This document shows, piece after piece, positions 37,290 to 47,573 of a stretch of DNA of 64,000 bases. The stretch comes from Clostridia bacterium. GTDB lineage: Bacteria > Bacillota > Clostridia > Oscillospirales > CAG-272. The stretch spans positions 3,648 through 67,647 of the forward strand of contig JAFXAN010000112.1 of NCBI GenBank assembly GCA_017517035.1. The letters run 5' to 3'. The notes under the pieces were generated by a model. It made no database searches and had not been told where the DNA came from. It saw nothing but the letters and a program-made list of their open reading frames with translations. The position numbers and the translations under genes were made by a program. Numbering within the stretch: the stretch's first letter is position 1; each line of letters begins with the position of its first letter.

Positions 37290-37697
37290 TTAATCATCCG
37301 AGCAGGCAAGGCATTTTGTTAAGCAAGCACCGCTGCTGAGAGTAAATGAGATGGCAAAGAGAAGAAGTCCTGTCAGTATTGCTCCTACTATACTTGTTGC
37401 AACAAAGGTAACTCCGAGAAGCACGACCGAAAGCAGTGCGGTCAAAAGCGCACCGAACAGGGTAGAGGATAGTGTCTCTCTTACGCACCTACCGCAATCA
37501 CGGATGAAAACTGAAGCGGTTTGTGTCAGTAAAAGATAACCGACAGAAATTCCGAAGAGCGTCCAGAGAAAGGCGGGCGTTATGGTTATTACCGCTGTGA
37601 TTCGGAGAAAAGCGGTTACTATTCCTATTATGAGACTTGCGATAAAAGCAAGGAGAGTGCAGTTATATTTGCACTTGCATGAGCAAGGATTGTTCAT
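37290..37697 (-). CDS. small 4-TM membrane protein with Cys-rich termini
   Basis: MNNPCSCKCKYNC... at the N-terminus and ...GACLTKCLACSDD at the C-terminus. A GGAGGTG RBS precedes the start. Confidence 0.6.
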   Translation of the reverse strand: MNNPCSCKCKYNCTLLAFIASLIIGIVTAFLRITAVITITPAFLWTLFGISVGYLLLTQTASVFIRDCGRCVRETLSSTLFGALLTALLSVVLLGVTFVATSIVGAILTGLLLFAISFTLSSGACLTKCLACSDD

Positions 37698-37757
37698 AAG
37701 ATCACCTCCACTGATAATTTTATGCTAAGCGAAGGCTTTCGGTTAATAAATCACGGA

Positions 37758-38504
37758 TCAAACAACGATGAATTCTGTTTTGCTGAATTTGCTTTTTGTT
37801 TCTTCTGGAAAATCGAAATCGCAAATAACTCCGCTGACCTCGCTTAAGCTGCACCATGTTCTTTTTCCATGAGGCTCTTCATATTTTGCATGATCAACAA
37901 GATAATATGAAAGAGCGGAATTTTCACTCATCACTTTTCGGAGCATCGCATAAATATCTCCGCCCCAAATTCTTCCATCGGGAGAAACTCCACCCGAGGT
38001 GAAAAAATGCTTGTCTGCTTTGAATTTTGCGGCTGTTTCGATAGTATCTATGCTGAATAGCATACTGGGGGCTTCAACAACGCTTCCTCCAAGGCAGATG
38101 GAGTTTATGCCATATTCGCTAAGATATGCGATCAGCGCCATATTGTTACTTATGACGGTTATATCCTTTTTTTCTGTCAAAAACTGTGCCATGCATTGGG
38201 TTGTGGTTGTGCCATCTATGAAGATGGTATCACCGTCCGAAACAAGCTCGGCGGCGGCTCTTCCCAGCTTGCTTTTTGCCGCTCTCATTTTGTGATGGCG
38301 GAATCTCAGCGGAACGCTGTGGTCGCTTGCAAGCTCCGCTCCGCCATAATGTCTTTTTATAAGCTTTTGTTCTGCCAAAATGTTAAGATCACGGTTAATG
38401 GTGGCAGTGCTGTAATGAAGCTCGTCCATCAAAAATTTGACAGTTACATATTTGTGAGTGGTGATAATTTTGAGAATTTGATCGAGTCTTTCTTTTTGTA
38501 ACAT
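37758..38504 (-). CDS. DeoR/GlpR family transcriptional regulator
   Basis: HTH (RLDQILKIITTHKYVTVKFLMDELHYSTATINRDL) plus a DeoR C-terminal domain. Confidence 0.85.
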   Translation of the reverse strand: MLQKERLDQILKIITTHKYVTVKFLMDELHYSTATINRDLNILAEQKLIKRHYGGAELASDHSVPLRFRHHKMRAAKSKLGRAAAELVSDGDTIFIDGTTTTQCMAQFLTEKKDITVISNNMALIAYLSEYGINSICLGGSVVEAPSMLFSIDTIETAAKFKADKHFFTSGGVSPDGRIWGGDIYAMLRKVMSENSALSYYLVDHAKYEEPHGKRTWCSLSEVSGVICDFDFPEETKSKFSKTEFIVV

Positions 38505-38562
38505 CTAAACAACTCCTTTTGCATGATAATTCGTGAGAAATTACCGCGTTTATGTACCTGTG

Positions 38563-38591
38563 TTGACATATTTTGAGAAATCTGATATAAT
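38563..38591 (+). promoter_or_regulatory. sigA-type promoter for the MATE gene
   Basis: TTGACA (38563-38568), 17 nt, TATAAT (38586-38591) with an upstream TG. Confidence 0.55.
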
Positions 38592-38629
38592 TATAGCATA
38601 TTTTAACGATTTGTCAAGCGGAGATTAAA

Positions 38630-39967
38630 ATGAAAGACCTAACAAAGGGTAATACTCTTAAAACTTTTTTGATTTTTGCCATTCCTCTGGTACTTGGTGG
38701 CGTTTTGTCACAAGGATATAATCTTGTTGATACAATTATTGCAGGCAAGATGCTCGGTGACACGGGACTTGCGGCAATCGGTGCAACCGGAAGCTTTGTA
38801 ACTCTCATCTCGTCTGTGCTTTGGGGATTTGGCGGCGGCTATGCGGTATATATCGCGAGACTTTTCGGCTCAAAAGACTTTAAGAAGATGAAAAACTGCA
38901 TTGTTTCCGGAGGAGTTTTTATCTCGCTTTCGGCTCTGATTATGGGTATTGTTCTTTTTTTGATCAAAGATCCCATATTTGATCTTCTGAAGGTTGATGA
39001 ATCCATCAGAAAAGAAACCTTTGAATATTTCGGAACATATATTCTTGGGCTTTTTATTATCATTCTCAATAATTTCGGCTTCAGCATTATGAATGCGCTG
39101 GGTGAGAGTACATATCCTTTTTTCATGTCTCTCATATCTGCATTGCTCAATATTTTGGGAAATATAATTTCGGTGGCTTTTCTCAGAATGGGAGTTTTCG
39201 GAATTGCTGCATCAAGCCTTTTTGCGGCTTTTGTTGTTGATATATTTTATATCATAAGGCTGAGGAGATGCTTTGCGGAGCTGGGACTCGGAAAAGAGCG
39301 TACCGAGCTTAGCTTCAAATATATAAAGGATTCATTGCCTTATGCAGGTCCGAATACCTTCCAGCAAACGGTGCTTTATATTGCCGGTGTTATCGCTTCC
39401 TCAATTATCAATGGTATGGGTGCGGCGGCAACAGCGGGCTTCATCGTTATAACCCGAATTTATGATTTTTGTGCTCAGATATATCATAATTCCGCAAAGA
39501 CCATCAGCAATTATACAGCACAGTGCGTTGGAGCGGGAAAGACAGATAAGATAAGAAGCGGTGTTTGGCTCGGCATCGCCCAGGGATGTGCTTTTGTGCT
39601 TCCCGTTATCCTTCTTTGCATGATATTTTCCGAGCCTGTCTGCTATCTTTTCTTTGATGCGGATGCGGAAAGGGAAGCGGTTGAAATTGCTGTGACCTTC
39701 ACAAAATATTTTCTTCCCTTTATTGTTTTTCAGCTTCTGTGCAATGTTTTTCATGCACTTTTCAGAGGAGTAAAAAGCACTAAATGTCTTTTTATATCAA
39801 CAACGATCGGTGCAGTTTCAAGAATTGTGCTTACATTTATTCTGGCAAGATTTTATAATATGAATGGCGTTCTTTGCGCCTGGGTGCTTTCATGGGTCAT
39901 TGAAACAGTCTATTCCTTAATAATTTTCATGGGCGACAGCTGGCTTCCTCAAAATACAAGTAAATAG
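38630..39967 (+). CDS. MATE family efflux transporter
   Basis: 12-TM MATE architecture (IPLVLGGVLSQGYNLVDTIIAG). Confidence 0.85.
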   Translation: MKDLTKGNTLKTFLIFAIPLVLGGVLSQGYNLVDTIIAGKMLGDTGLAAIGATGSFVTLISSVLWGFGGGYAVYIARLFGSKDFKKMKNCIVSGGVFISLSALIMGIVLFLIKDPIFDLLKVDESIRKETFEYFGTYILGLFIIILNNFGFSIMNALGESTYPFFMSLISALLNILGNIISVAFLRMGVFGIAASSLFAAFVVDIFYIIRLRRCFAELGLGKERTELSFKYIKDSLPYAGPNTFQQTVLYIAGVIASSIINGMGAAATAGFIVITRIYDFCAQIYHNSAKTISNYTAQCVGAGKTDKIRSGVWLGIAQGCAFVLPVILLCMIFSEPVCYLFFDADAEREAVEIAVTFTKYFLPFIVFQLLCNVFHALFRGVKSTKCLFISTTIGAVSRIVLTFILARFYNMNGVLCAWVLSWVIETVYSLIIFMGDSWLPQNTSK

Positions 39968-39969
39968 AA

Positions 39970-39999
39970 AAATGCGCACCAACAGGTGCGTATTTTTTT
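39970..39999 (+). terminator. rho-independent terminator
   Basis: GCGCACC...GGTGCG stem followed by T7. Confidence 0.75.
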
Positions 40000-40020
40000 A
40001 CATATTTTTCTGAAAAACTA

Positions 40021-40049
40021 TTGACAAAATAAATACTTCGTGATATGAT
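40021..40049 (+). promoter_or_regulatory. sigA-type promoter of the padR operon
   Basis: TTGACA (40021-40026), 17 nt, TATGAT (40044-40049) with an upstream TG. Confidence 0.55.
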
Positions 40050-40073
40050 GTATTACATGAGGGGAGGTATAGA

Positions 40074-40394
40074 ATGGATATTCAACTTAAAAGAGGACTT
40101 CTTGATGTTTGTGTTCTTGCCGCCATCAAGGACGGCGAATCCTATGGTTATAAGATCATCAAGGATATGAAGCCTTATATGGAAATGTCGGAATCGACAC
40201 TTTATACCATTCTGAAACGCCTTGAGAGTGCTGAAATGCTCACTGTCAGATGTGCGGAGCATGGCGGCAGGCTTCGGAAATACTATAAGATCACCTCGGC
40301 AGGTCTTTGCCGCATCGAGGATTTCAAGACGGAATGGAAAGAAATTATGTTGATCTACAGCTTTGTTACAAAGGAGGGTATTACAGATGACTAA
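40074..40394 (+). CDS. PadR family transcriptional regulator
   Basis: LLDVCVLAAIKDGESYGYKI...TLYTILKRLE winged-helix signature. Confidence 0.9.
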   Translation: MDIQLKRGLLDVCVLAAIKDGESYGYKIIKDMKPYMEMSESTLYTILKRLESAEMLTVRCAEHGGRLRKYYKITSAGLCRIEDFKTEWKEIMLIYSFVTKEGITDD

Positions 40395-40980
40395 AAATGA
40401 ATTTCTTGAGGCTCTTCGGAGGGGGCTTTCGTCTCTTCCCGAGGAAGAGATATCGGAGCATATATCTTTTTACAGTGAAATGATTGATGACAGGATCGAA
40501 GAAGGACTTCCAATGGATGAGGCAATAGAGGGAATAGGGAATCCCGAGAGTATCGCATTTCAGATAATGAGTGAGCACGCCCCGCTCGAGGAAAAGAAAA
40601 AGGAAAAAACAAGAAGAAAGATCGGTGCTCTTGAGATCGTTCTTTTGGTTCTCGGTTCACCCCTATGGCTATCGCTTCTGATAGCTGTTTTCTCGGTTAT
40701 TTTTTCTCTTTATGTAGTTCTTTGGTCTGTGATCGCTTCTTTTTGGGCAGTTGCGGCATCCTTTGTGGGAGTGGCGATCGTAGGCTTTATAACAAGCGGC
40801 GTGTTTACATTTTTCGGCAATGTTCAAGCTGCACTTGCAATGTTTGGCATTGGTATTCTGTCCCTTGGACTTTTCATATTGGGAATCATAGGATGCATTG
40901 GAGCAACAAAGGGTGCTGCATTTCTCACGAAGAAAAGCGTGCTTTTGATGATATCCCCGTTTAGAAGAAAGGAGAATTGA
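40387..40980 (+). CDS. DUF1700-like membrane protein (PadR partner)
   Basis: N-terminal FLEALRRGLSSLPEEE...HISFYSEMIDD motif plus TM helices. It occupies the conserved padR-DUF1700-DUF4097 gene order. Confidence 0.75.
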   Translation: MTKNEFLEALRRGLSSLPEEEISEHISFYSEMIDDRIEEGLPMDEAIEGIGNPESIAFQIMSEHAPLEEKKKEKTRRKIGALEIVLLVLGSPLWLSLLIAVFSVIFSLYVVLWSVIASFWAVAASFVGVAIVGFITSGVFTFFGNVQAALAMFGIGILSLGLFILGIIGCIGATKGAAFLTKKSVLLMISPFRRKEN

Positions 40981-40982
40981 AT

Positions 40983-41951
40983 ATGAAAAAATCTTTGGTG
41001 ATTTCGCTTGCTATCGGACTTTCACTTGTTTTTATCGGTCTTTTGGCGTTTGGTGCTGCATTTGTGATGGGCGGCTTTGATTTTAAGGAGCTGAGCCTGC
41101 AGAAATATGTTACGAATACATATGATATTGAATTTGATTTTGAAAAAATTTCAATAAAAACCATTGAAAGCGATGTAACATTTATCAAATCCGACACCGA
41201 TAAATGCAGAGTTGTATTTTTTGAAAACAAAAAGGTGCGCCATTCTGCCGTCGTGAAGGACGGAGAGCTGATGATCGAGAGCATGGATGAGCGGAAATGG
41301 TATGACTATATATCATTATTTGATTTTGAAAACGAAACCATCAAGCTCTATCTTCCGAAAAACATTTATGATTCACTTGTTATCAACACCGTAACAGGTG
41401 ATATAAATATCCCGAAGAATTTTGCTTTCAATACAGTAAGTATAACGGGAAGCACGGCGGATGTTGAATTCAGCGCTTCAAGCATAGGACTTACGGAGAT
41501 CAAGCTCACAACGGGAGATATTGAGATGGAAAATGCAGTTTTTGGTGATTTGCGTCTCACCGTTTCAACAGGAGATATTGAAGTTGACGGAGTGGAATGC
41601 AAAGGGGATATCTATATCAAGGTAAGCACGGGCGAAACCGAGCTTGACAGAATAGCTTGCAAGAATTTCACAAGCGAGGGGACAACAGGCGATATTGAGC
41701 TTTCGAGTGTCATTGCATCCGAAAAGCTTGATGTCAGACGAAGCACGGGCGATATAAGATTTAGAAGGTGTGATGCTTCGGAGGTATATGCAAAGACCGG
41801 AACAGGCGACATCACAGGAAGTTTCCTTTCGGAAAAGATATTTATAACCGAATCGTCAACGGGCAGCGTCAGAGTTCCGAATTCTGTTTCGGGAGGAAGA
41901 TGCGAGATAAAGACCTCGACAGGCGACATCAGAATAGAAATTGCAAAATAA
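40983..41951 (+). CDS. DUF4097-like beta-helix repeat protein
   Basis: N-terminal TM helix, then at least 8 repeats of the (S/T)TGDI motif. Confidence 0.75.
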   Translation: MKKSLVISLAIGLSLVFIGLLAFGAAFVMGGFDFKELSLQKYVTNTYDIEFDFEKISIKTIESDVTFIKSDTDKCRVVFFENKKVRHSAVVKDGELMIESMDERKWYDYISLFDFENETIKLYLPKNIYDSLVINTVTGDINIPKNFAFNTVSITGSTADVEFSASSIGLTEIKLTTGDIEMENAVFGDLRLTVSTGDIEVDGVECKGDIYIKVSTGETELDRIACKNFTSEGTTGDIELSSVIASEKLDVRRSTGDIRFRRCDASEVYAKTGTGDITGSFLSEKIFITESSTGSVRVPNSVSGGRCEIKTSTGDIRIEIAK

Positions 41952-41996
41952 AAGGAGCTGTCTCAAATGCTTTTTTCGCATTTGAGACAGCCCCTT
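41952..41996. terminator. bidirectional terminator
   Basis: GCTGTCTCAAATGC...GCATTTGAGACAGC 14-bp stem between convergent genes. Confidence 0.8.
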
Positions 41997-41997
41997 T

Positions 41998-42717
41998 TCA
42001 AATTGCAAATCCGCCGTCGACAGAAATGATCTGCCCTGTTATAAAGGCGGCTTCATCAGATGAAAGGAAAAACGCAAGCTCTGCCACCTCATCCGGTTTT
42101 CCGATGCGGCAAAGAGGAGTTTCATCCGCAAGAGCCTTTATGTCAGCTTCCGTAAGATGAGCGTTCATATCTGTTTCGATAACTCCGGGGCAGATGCAGT
42201 TTACATTTATCGAGGACGGGCCAAGCTCCTTTGCCATTGCCTTGGTCATTCCGATGATGCCTGCCTTTGCTGCGGAATAAGGCACCTCACAGGATGCACC
42301 TGTGATACCCCACATTGAGCCTACATTGATTATTCTTCCGCTTTGTTTTTTTATCATTTCTTTTGCGCATTCTCTTGAAAAATAGAAGGGTGCTGAAAGA
42401 TTTACGGAGATCATTTTTTCAAAATCCTCATCTGCAGTCTCCGTGAAAAGCCCAAACGAAGCGATTCCGGCATTATTTATAAGCACATCAACACCGCCAA
42501 GCTTTTCTATTGCGAGAGAAGCTGCTCTCTTGCATTCCGAGGCAGAGCCGATGTCTGCGCATATTCCCATGGCTCCAAGCTCCTCTGTGAGCTTGCTTGC
42601 TTCCTCATGGCAGCTTTTATATATAAAGGCGACTTTGTCTCCCTCAAGCGCAAATTTCTTGACCATGGCGGCACCTATTCCTCTTGATCCGCCGGTGATA
42701 ATGATTTTCCTGTTCAT
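41998..42717 (-). CDS. short-chain dehydrogenase/reductase (FabG-like)
   Basis: TGGSRGIG cofactor motif, NNAG, and the catalytic YSAAK. Start trimmed to MNRKIIITGG. Confidence 0.85.
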   Translation of the reverse strand: MNRKIIITGGSRGIGAAMVKKFALEGDKVAFIYKSCHEEASKLTEELGAMGICADIGSASECKRAASLAIEKLGGVDVLINNAGIASFGLFTETADEDFEKMISVNLSAPFYFSRECAKEMIKKQSGRIINVGSMWGITGASCEVPYSAAKAGIIGMTKAMAKELGPSSINVNCICPGVIETDMNAHLTEADIKALADETPLCRIGKPDEVAELAFFLSSDEAAFITGQIISVDGGFAI

Positions 42718-42912
42718 TTTAAGCCCTCTTTTAGTTTTATAAATAAATGATAACATATTTTTACTGATTTTTCAAGAGGTTAGCCACATCTCCTATAAAA
42801 AGTTTTTTTTCTTAAAATTTTTGTGAAAAATGCCTATGTCTTTTTTTAGAAAAAAATGGTATAATATATATAGTTTAAAAGCTTTTTGTCGACGCAAAAC
42901 GGAGGTAAAGTA

Positions 42913-43410
42913 ATGTTTGAGGTTAACGAATATGTTTTTTACGGCTCTGAGGGGATCTGCAAGATCGATGACATCGTTTCGTCACCCTTTTCTGATGTGA
43001 AGTCTGATACGAAATATTATGTTCTTCATTCTCTTCACGGTGGAAACAACACTGCCTATGTTCCCTTTGACGGTGCTTCATCACTTATTCGCGCAGTTAT
43101 GACAAAGGCTGATATTGATTCTCTTATTGCCAAAATCCCGTCGGTTGAGCTTTTTGAGGAATGCCCTCTTAAGCTTCTGAAGGAAAAATACGCTATTTCG
43201 ATAAGATCAGGAGATCCGTGCGAATGGGTAAAGGTGATCAAAACTGTTCGGGATCGCACCATCAACGGCAGAGACGGCGGAAAAAAGGTTTCGGATGCTG
43301 AAAAGGTCTATGCGGAGAACGCAAAGAAGTTTTTGTATAAGGAAATTTCTATTGTTCTTGGCATTCCTTGCGAGAGCGTTGAGAGCTATATAATGGAAAG
43401 AATTAAATAA
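42913..43410 (+). CDS. CarD/CdnL/TRCF-domain protein
   Basis: N-terminal Tudor-like MFEVNEYVFYGSEGICKIDDI...KYYVLHS. ATG follows GGAGG. Confidence 0.7.
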   Translation: MFEVNEYVFYGSEGICKIDDIVSSPFSDVKSDTKYYVLHSLHGGNNTAYVPFDGASSLIRAVMTKADIDSLIAKIPSVELFEECPLKLLKEKYAISIRSGDPCEWVKVIKTVRDRTINGRDGGKKVSDAEKVYAENAKKFLYKEISIVLGIPCESVESYIMERIK

Positions 43411-43412
43411 TT

Positions 43413-43438
43413 AAAGGGCTGATTTTTCAGCCCTTTTT
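43413..43438 (+). terminator. terminator hairpin, repeat copy 3 of 3
   Basis: AAAGGGCTGATTTTTCAGCCCTTTTT. Confidence 0.8.
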
Positions 43439-43469
43439 GTCTGTATATTAGTTGAAACCGGAATTAAAT

Positions 43470-43637
43470 AAACAGGAATTTGTCGAACGGTCAAAGATGT
43501 GTTTTTGTAGGGGACGGCGACCTCGACGTCCCACAGAAGACATGAAATAACCGTGAATTTTAAATGACAAATGGGACGTCGAGGTCGCCGTCCCCTACAG
43601 ATTTGCGTTATGTTCACGCACCGACAAATAACTGTTT
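43470..43637. mobile_element. MITE-like element, sister of 12473-12640
   Basis: TIRs AAACAGGAATTTGTCG / CGACAAATAACTGTTT and the same GGGGACGGCGACC..CGACGTCCC doublet. Its right end overlaps the stop codon of the FAD gene. Confidence 0.8.
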
Positions 43638-45489
43638 ATTCAGCTTTGAGAATTTTCAGTGCATTATCAAGAAATTCGCTTATTTCCTGACCTGATGCGC
43701 TTTCGGGCGTTCCTCTTGAAATGAAATCAATAATTTCGTTTCTGCTGTCGCCTGTAAAAAGCTCTTGGAATTTATCGAGATATTCAGCCTTTTTGCCCAA
43801 TTTTTTGCTGAGCTTTATAATTGCCATAACAGCATGGGTGAAAAGCTGATAATATCCGTATGCCATTCTCTCGGAAGCATAGACCAGAGGTGCATTCGGC
43901 ATTGAATACATGGGATTTTTTCTCTCCCGGCTATCGAAAACGATGGTGGAAAGAAGCTCGATGTCATTTTCATTTCCGAGCCTGCCGAGAAGACAAATGG
44001 CGGCGGCAGTTTTATACTGATTTGAGCGTCTGCAACCAACAAAATAATCAAGATTTCTGTTTCTGACCTCTTCTCTGAGGCGAGGTAAGGCTTCTTTTCT
44101 TCCCATCATGCCGAGAGCTATTGCATAATGAAGCTGACCGTCATATTCATTCAGCAATTTTTCGGCAGCTTTTTCGCCCGAAATATAGCAGGACCATATT
44201 GCCTCACCCGGACTTTCACTATTAAGTCCTTTGAATATTTCATCATCCGTCAGGTCAAAGCGGACGCTGCGATATAGCTTTCCGTTTGGTGAATCGAAGG
44301 CGAAATCGTCCTTCATTGCTCCGTCAAAAGCAGAGTATTTTCTTGCTATCATCAAATATTCATCATAGTCTATATCCAATATATTATATTTGTTCGACTT
44401 TGCGGCAATGGCTACGGCAATTCCGACGCATTCACCAATTCTGAACATATCACGGTTCATTCTCACGGCACTTGATGAATAGCTGTCAAGAGATATACAT
44501 CTGCCTGCACTGAGAATCCCATCAAGTCCTTTCGGCACTACTGCACCCATTGGCAGGGCAATTTTTGCAGTTACCGTTGAAAGATTGGATATTACCCACC
44601 AATTCTGGTAGATCTCATCGTCAATGGCAAGATCCCTGCCGTGCCTGTCGAGATCAGAACGGCAATAGAGAAGTGTTTTTTGAGGCTTTTTCATGAAGAG
44701 TATGTCTTTATATGAGAGCATTTCCTCTCCCTCGAAGCGCTTTCCTTCTCTGACACCAATATTCGGTGCAACCGAGATGATCTCCTTGTTTTCTTTCATC
44801 AGAAATTCAAGCTTTGAGGCGTGGGCATTGATGATGCTTTTTGAGATCTCAACGGGATCATACTGATTTCTGTATCCGTCATCGTCATTATAGTAGCCGT
44901 AAAAGCCGTCCTCGTCAAGATAATCTATGCGGTTGGTGAAAGGTGCAGCTTTTCCGTCGGCTATTCTTCCAAAATATGTTTTCACGGGGCACATTGAAAT
45001 AATATGTCCCTCGGATGTTGCATCTATCAGCATTTTTGATGCGATATTTTTCTGCTCACCTCTTATAAGCGCACGAACACCGATAGCTCTTTTACCGTCA
45101 AAATAAACACCAAGGGCAAGCGAGGAGCAGAGAAGCTTTATCTTATGCGTGGAAATGAGTCGGAAAAGCTCACAGTGCCGTGATTCGGTATGAATATATC
45201 CCCCCTCAAAGAACTTGTCAAGCTCGATTGCATTTTTCTCGACCTTTTCAAATGTGCCGCCAACCTCGCCATAATAAAAGGTTGGCACCATTCCCGTGAT
45301 GGGCATTCCTCCAATATTTTCGTCCCTTTCAAGGGCTATGACCGATGCACCCTCTCTTGCGGCGGAAATAGCAGCATACGCACCTGCTGCGCCCATTCCA
45401 ATGCAAAGCACATCGCATTCCATATCAAAGTTAATATTTTTTACCTCTTCAGTAAGTTGTTTTCCGTTTTCGAGATATGAAAGCTTCAT
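43636..45489 (-). CDS. FAD-dependent oxidoreductase with a C-terminal helical-repeat domain
   Basis: Dinucleotide-binding motif DVLCIGMGAAGAYAA...E at the N-terminus. Confidence 0.75.
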   Translation of the reverse strand: MKLSYLENGKQLTEEVKNINFDMECDVLCIGMGAAGAYAAISAAREGASVIALERDENIGGMPITGMVPTFYYGEVGGTFEKVEKNAIELDKFFEGGYIHTESRHCELFRLISTHKIKLLCSSLALGVYFDGKRAIGVRALIRGEQKNIASKMLIDATSEGHIISMCPVKTYFGRIADGKAAPFTNRIDYLDEDGFYGYYNDDDGYRNQYDPVEISKSIINAHASKLEFLMKENKEIISVAPNIGVREGKRFEGEEMLSYKDILFMKKPQKTLLYCRSDLDRHGRDLAIDDEIYQNWWVISNLSTVTAKIALPMGAVVPKGLDGILSAGRCISLDSYSSSAVRMNRDMFRIGECVGIAVAIAAKSNKYNILDIDYDEYLMIARKYSAFDGAMKDDFAFDSPNGKLYRSVRFDLTDDEIFKGLNSESPGEAIWSCYISGEKAAEKLLNEYDGQLHYAIALGMMGRKEALPRLREEVRNRNLDYFVGCRRSNQYKTAAAICLLGRLGNENDIELLSTIVFDSRERKNPMYSMPNAPLVYASERMAYGYYQLFTHAVMAIIKLSKKLGKKAEYLDKFQELFTGDSRNEIIDFISRGTPESASGQEISEFLDNALKILKAE

Positions 45490-46205
45490 TTTTTTGCCTC
45501 CCTTCCGTCTTTTATGCCCTTGTCAAATTCGTCAAAGGGGCAGGGGAGAGAATCATCAAAATATGGTAGATAAGCCATTCTGAGTATTTTATCATCCTTA
45601 TTCTTAAAGGATTTTGTCAGATGGTCGGTAATGAGCATTTTTAAAAGGTTGGTTTCGGTTTCTTCGGAAGAAGAAAATGTCAGAACAAATCTATTTTCAC
45701 ATGGAAAAAACGATGTGGAAATCTCAAAATTTTCATTCTTTTCAATATTTGATGGTTTGCCTGTGCAAATGACATTTATATGCTTTTTGCCGCAGCTTTT
45801 CGTTCTTTTGTCGATGATTTTTTCGGCTTCGAGGTGATTTATTCCGCCGTTGTTTATGATAGAAAGTGTCTTTTCCGAAAGCTCAATGATGTCGCTTCCG
45901 AAAAGCATGGGAATTTCTTTCCTGCGAATAAAATCCGCAAGAAGTATTTCAGAATGCGTTGGGATCAGATAACCGTCTTTGATCCCGCCGTTTTCTGTGA
46001 AAAAACTAAAGATCTCCTTTGTTTCGGGAAGCCAGCTCTCCCGATATTCAATTTTGAAGGTTCTGAAAGTGCCATAATAAACAGGGTCACAAAGCTGGGT
46101 TCTTTCGATTATCATTGTGTTATTTGCTTCAAAAGCATATCCCACAGAATAATAGGATGAGCCGAGAATAATTTTCTTTGAGCTGTTCATTTTATTTCCT
46201 TTCAA
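45486..46205 (-). CDS. hypothetical protein translationally coupled to the FAD oxidoreductase
   Basis: A 239-aa ORF whose stop overlaps the downstream ATG (ATGA). No recognisable motif. Confidence 0.55.
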   Translation of the reverse strand: MKGNKMNSSKKIILGSSYYSVGYAFEANNTMIIERTQLCDPVYYGTFRTFKIEYRESWLPETKEIFSFFTENGGIKDGYLIPTHSEILLADFIRRKEIPMLFGSDIIELSEKTLSIINNGGINHLEAEKIIDKRTKSCGKKHINVICTGKPSNIEKNENFEISTSFFPCENRFVLTFSSSEETETNLLKMLITDHLTKSFKNKDDKILRMAYLPYFDDSLPCPFDEFDKGIKDGREAKK

Positions 46206-46252
46206 GAAAGGGGACTATGGCATAGTCCCCCTATTTTTAAAGTTCGTACAAT

Positions 46253-47347
46253 TTAAACATTGAATCTGAAAAGAACGATATCACCGTCTGCGATAACATA
46301 TTCCTTACCTTCGCTTCGCATAAGTCCCTGTTCCTTTGCGGCGTTCATTGTGCCGCACTTCATAAGGTCGTCATATGCAACGATCTCGGCACGGATAAAT
46401 CCGCGCTCGAAGTCACTATGTATCTTTCCCGCTGCCTGGGGAGCCTTTGTTCCCTTGGTGATGGTCCAGGCTCTTACCTCCTTAGGACCTGCTGTGAGAT
46501 AGCTGATAAGTCCGAGAAGAGTATAGCTTGCTTTTATAAGTCTGTCAAGGCCGCTTTCGGCAATTCCAAGATCTTCAAGGAAAACAGCCTTTTCGTCTGC
46601 GGGAAGCTCGGCAATTTCAGCCTCGATTCCGGCGCAGATAGCCATGACCTGTGCGTGCTCGCTTTCGGCATGAGCCTTAAGCTTCATATACATTTCATTG
46701 CCCGTAGGCTCACTGCCTGCCTCGTCTTCGCTTACATTGGCAACATAGATGATTGGCTTTAAGGTCAGAAGGTTTGCTTCGGCAATATATCCAAGCTCGT
46801 CCTCGGTCAGCTCCAGCGCTCTTGCGCACTTGCCCTCTTCAAGACCTGCATAAACCTTTTCAAGTGCTTCAAGCTCCGCAGCAAGTGTTTTGTCGCCCTT
46901 CATAGCCTTGCGAACTCTGTCCATTCTGCGCTCGAGTATCTCCATATCAGAGAATATCAGCTCAAGATTTATCGTTTCAAGGTCTCGCATGGGGTCAATA
47001 GCACCGTCAACATGAATGATATTATCGTCATTAAAGCAACGGATAACATGAAGGATAGCATCAACCTCTCTTATATGGGAAAGGAACTTGTTACCAAGAC
47101 CTTCGCCCTTTGAAGCACCTCTAACAAGACCTGCAATATCAACAAATTCGATAACAGCGGGGGTATATTTTTCGGGATTATACATTTCTGCAAGAACATC
47201 GAGGCGGCTATCGGGAACCGCAACAACACCAACATTCGGTTCGATCGTGCAGAAAGGGTAGTTTGCAGATTCAGCGCCCGCATTTGTGAGGGCATTAAAA
47301 AGTGTACTTTTGCCGACATTCGGCAGACCAACTATACCTAATTTCAT
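46253..47347 (-). CDS. ychF: redox-regulated ribosome-binding ATPase YchF
   Basis: [21 protein letters not shown], the TGS domain and the conserved C-terminus [11 protein letters not shown]. Start trimmed from the ORF-track position 47410. Confidence 0.93.
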   Translation of the reverse strand: MKLGIVGLPNVGKSTLFNALTNAGAESANYPFCTIEPNVGVVAVPDSRLDVLAEMYNPEKYTPAVIEFVDIAGLVRGASKGEGLGNKFLSHIREVDAILHVIRCFNDDNIIHVDGAIDPMRDLETINLELIFSDMEILERRMDRVRKAMKGDKTLAAELEALEKVYAGLEEGKCARALELTEDELGYIAEANLLTLKPIIYVANVSEDEAGSEPTGNEMYMKLKAHAESEHAQVMAICAGIEAEIAELPADEKAVFLEDLGIAESGLDRLIKASYTLLGLISYLTAGPKEVRAWTITKGTKAPQAAGKIHSDFERGFIRAEIVAYDDLMKCGTMNAAKEQGLMRSEGKEYVIADGDIVLFRFNV

Positions 47348-47389
47348 TTGTTTCAAATCTCCTTTATTTTCAAGGTTTTTCAAATTGGC

Positions 47390-47412
47390 TTGACACCAAT
47401 TTGACACCATTT
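47390..47412. repeat. left copy of the imperfect direct repeat flanking the GRE-2 island
   Basis: TTGACACCAATTTGACACCATTT, compared with CTGACACCATTTCTGACACCAATTT at 51153-51177. Confidence 0.6.
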
Positions 47413-47573
47413 ATCTCAAAAAATAAATATCTATCGTTTATAATACCATAAAATTAATATAAAATCAATAATTTTATCGATTTTGATGGATTAATTTTTT
47501 GAAATCAGTTGACAAATTGACTATTGTGTAATATACTTATTACATAATAATAAATATATTACGAGGTGATAAA

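Noticed and set aside
5324-43637. Whether the recurring GC-rich palindromes could be a CRISPR array
   Set aside because: The copies are dispersed over 8 separate intergenic loci, occur as inverted pairs rather than evenly spaced direct repeats, and no cas genes are present.
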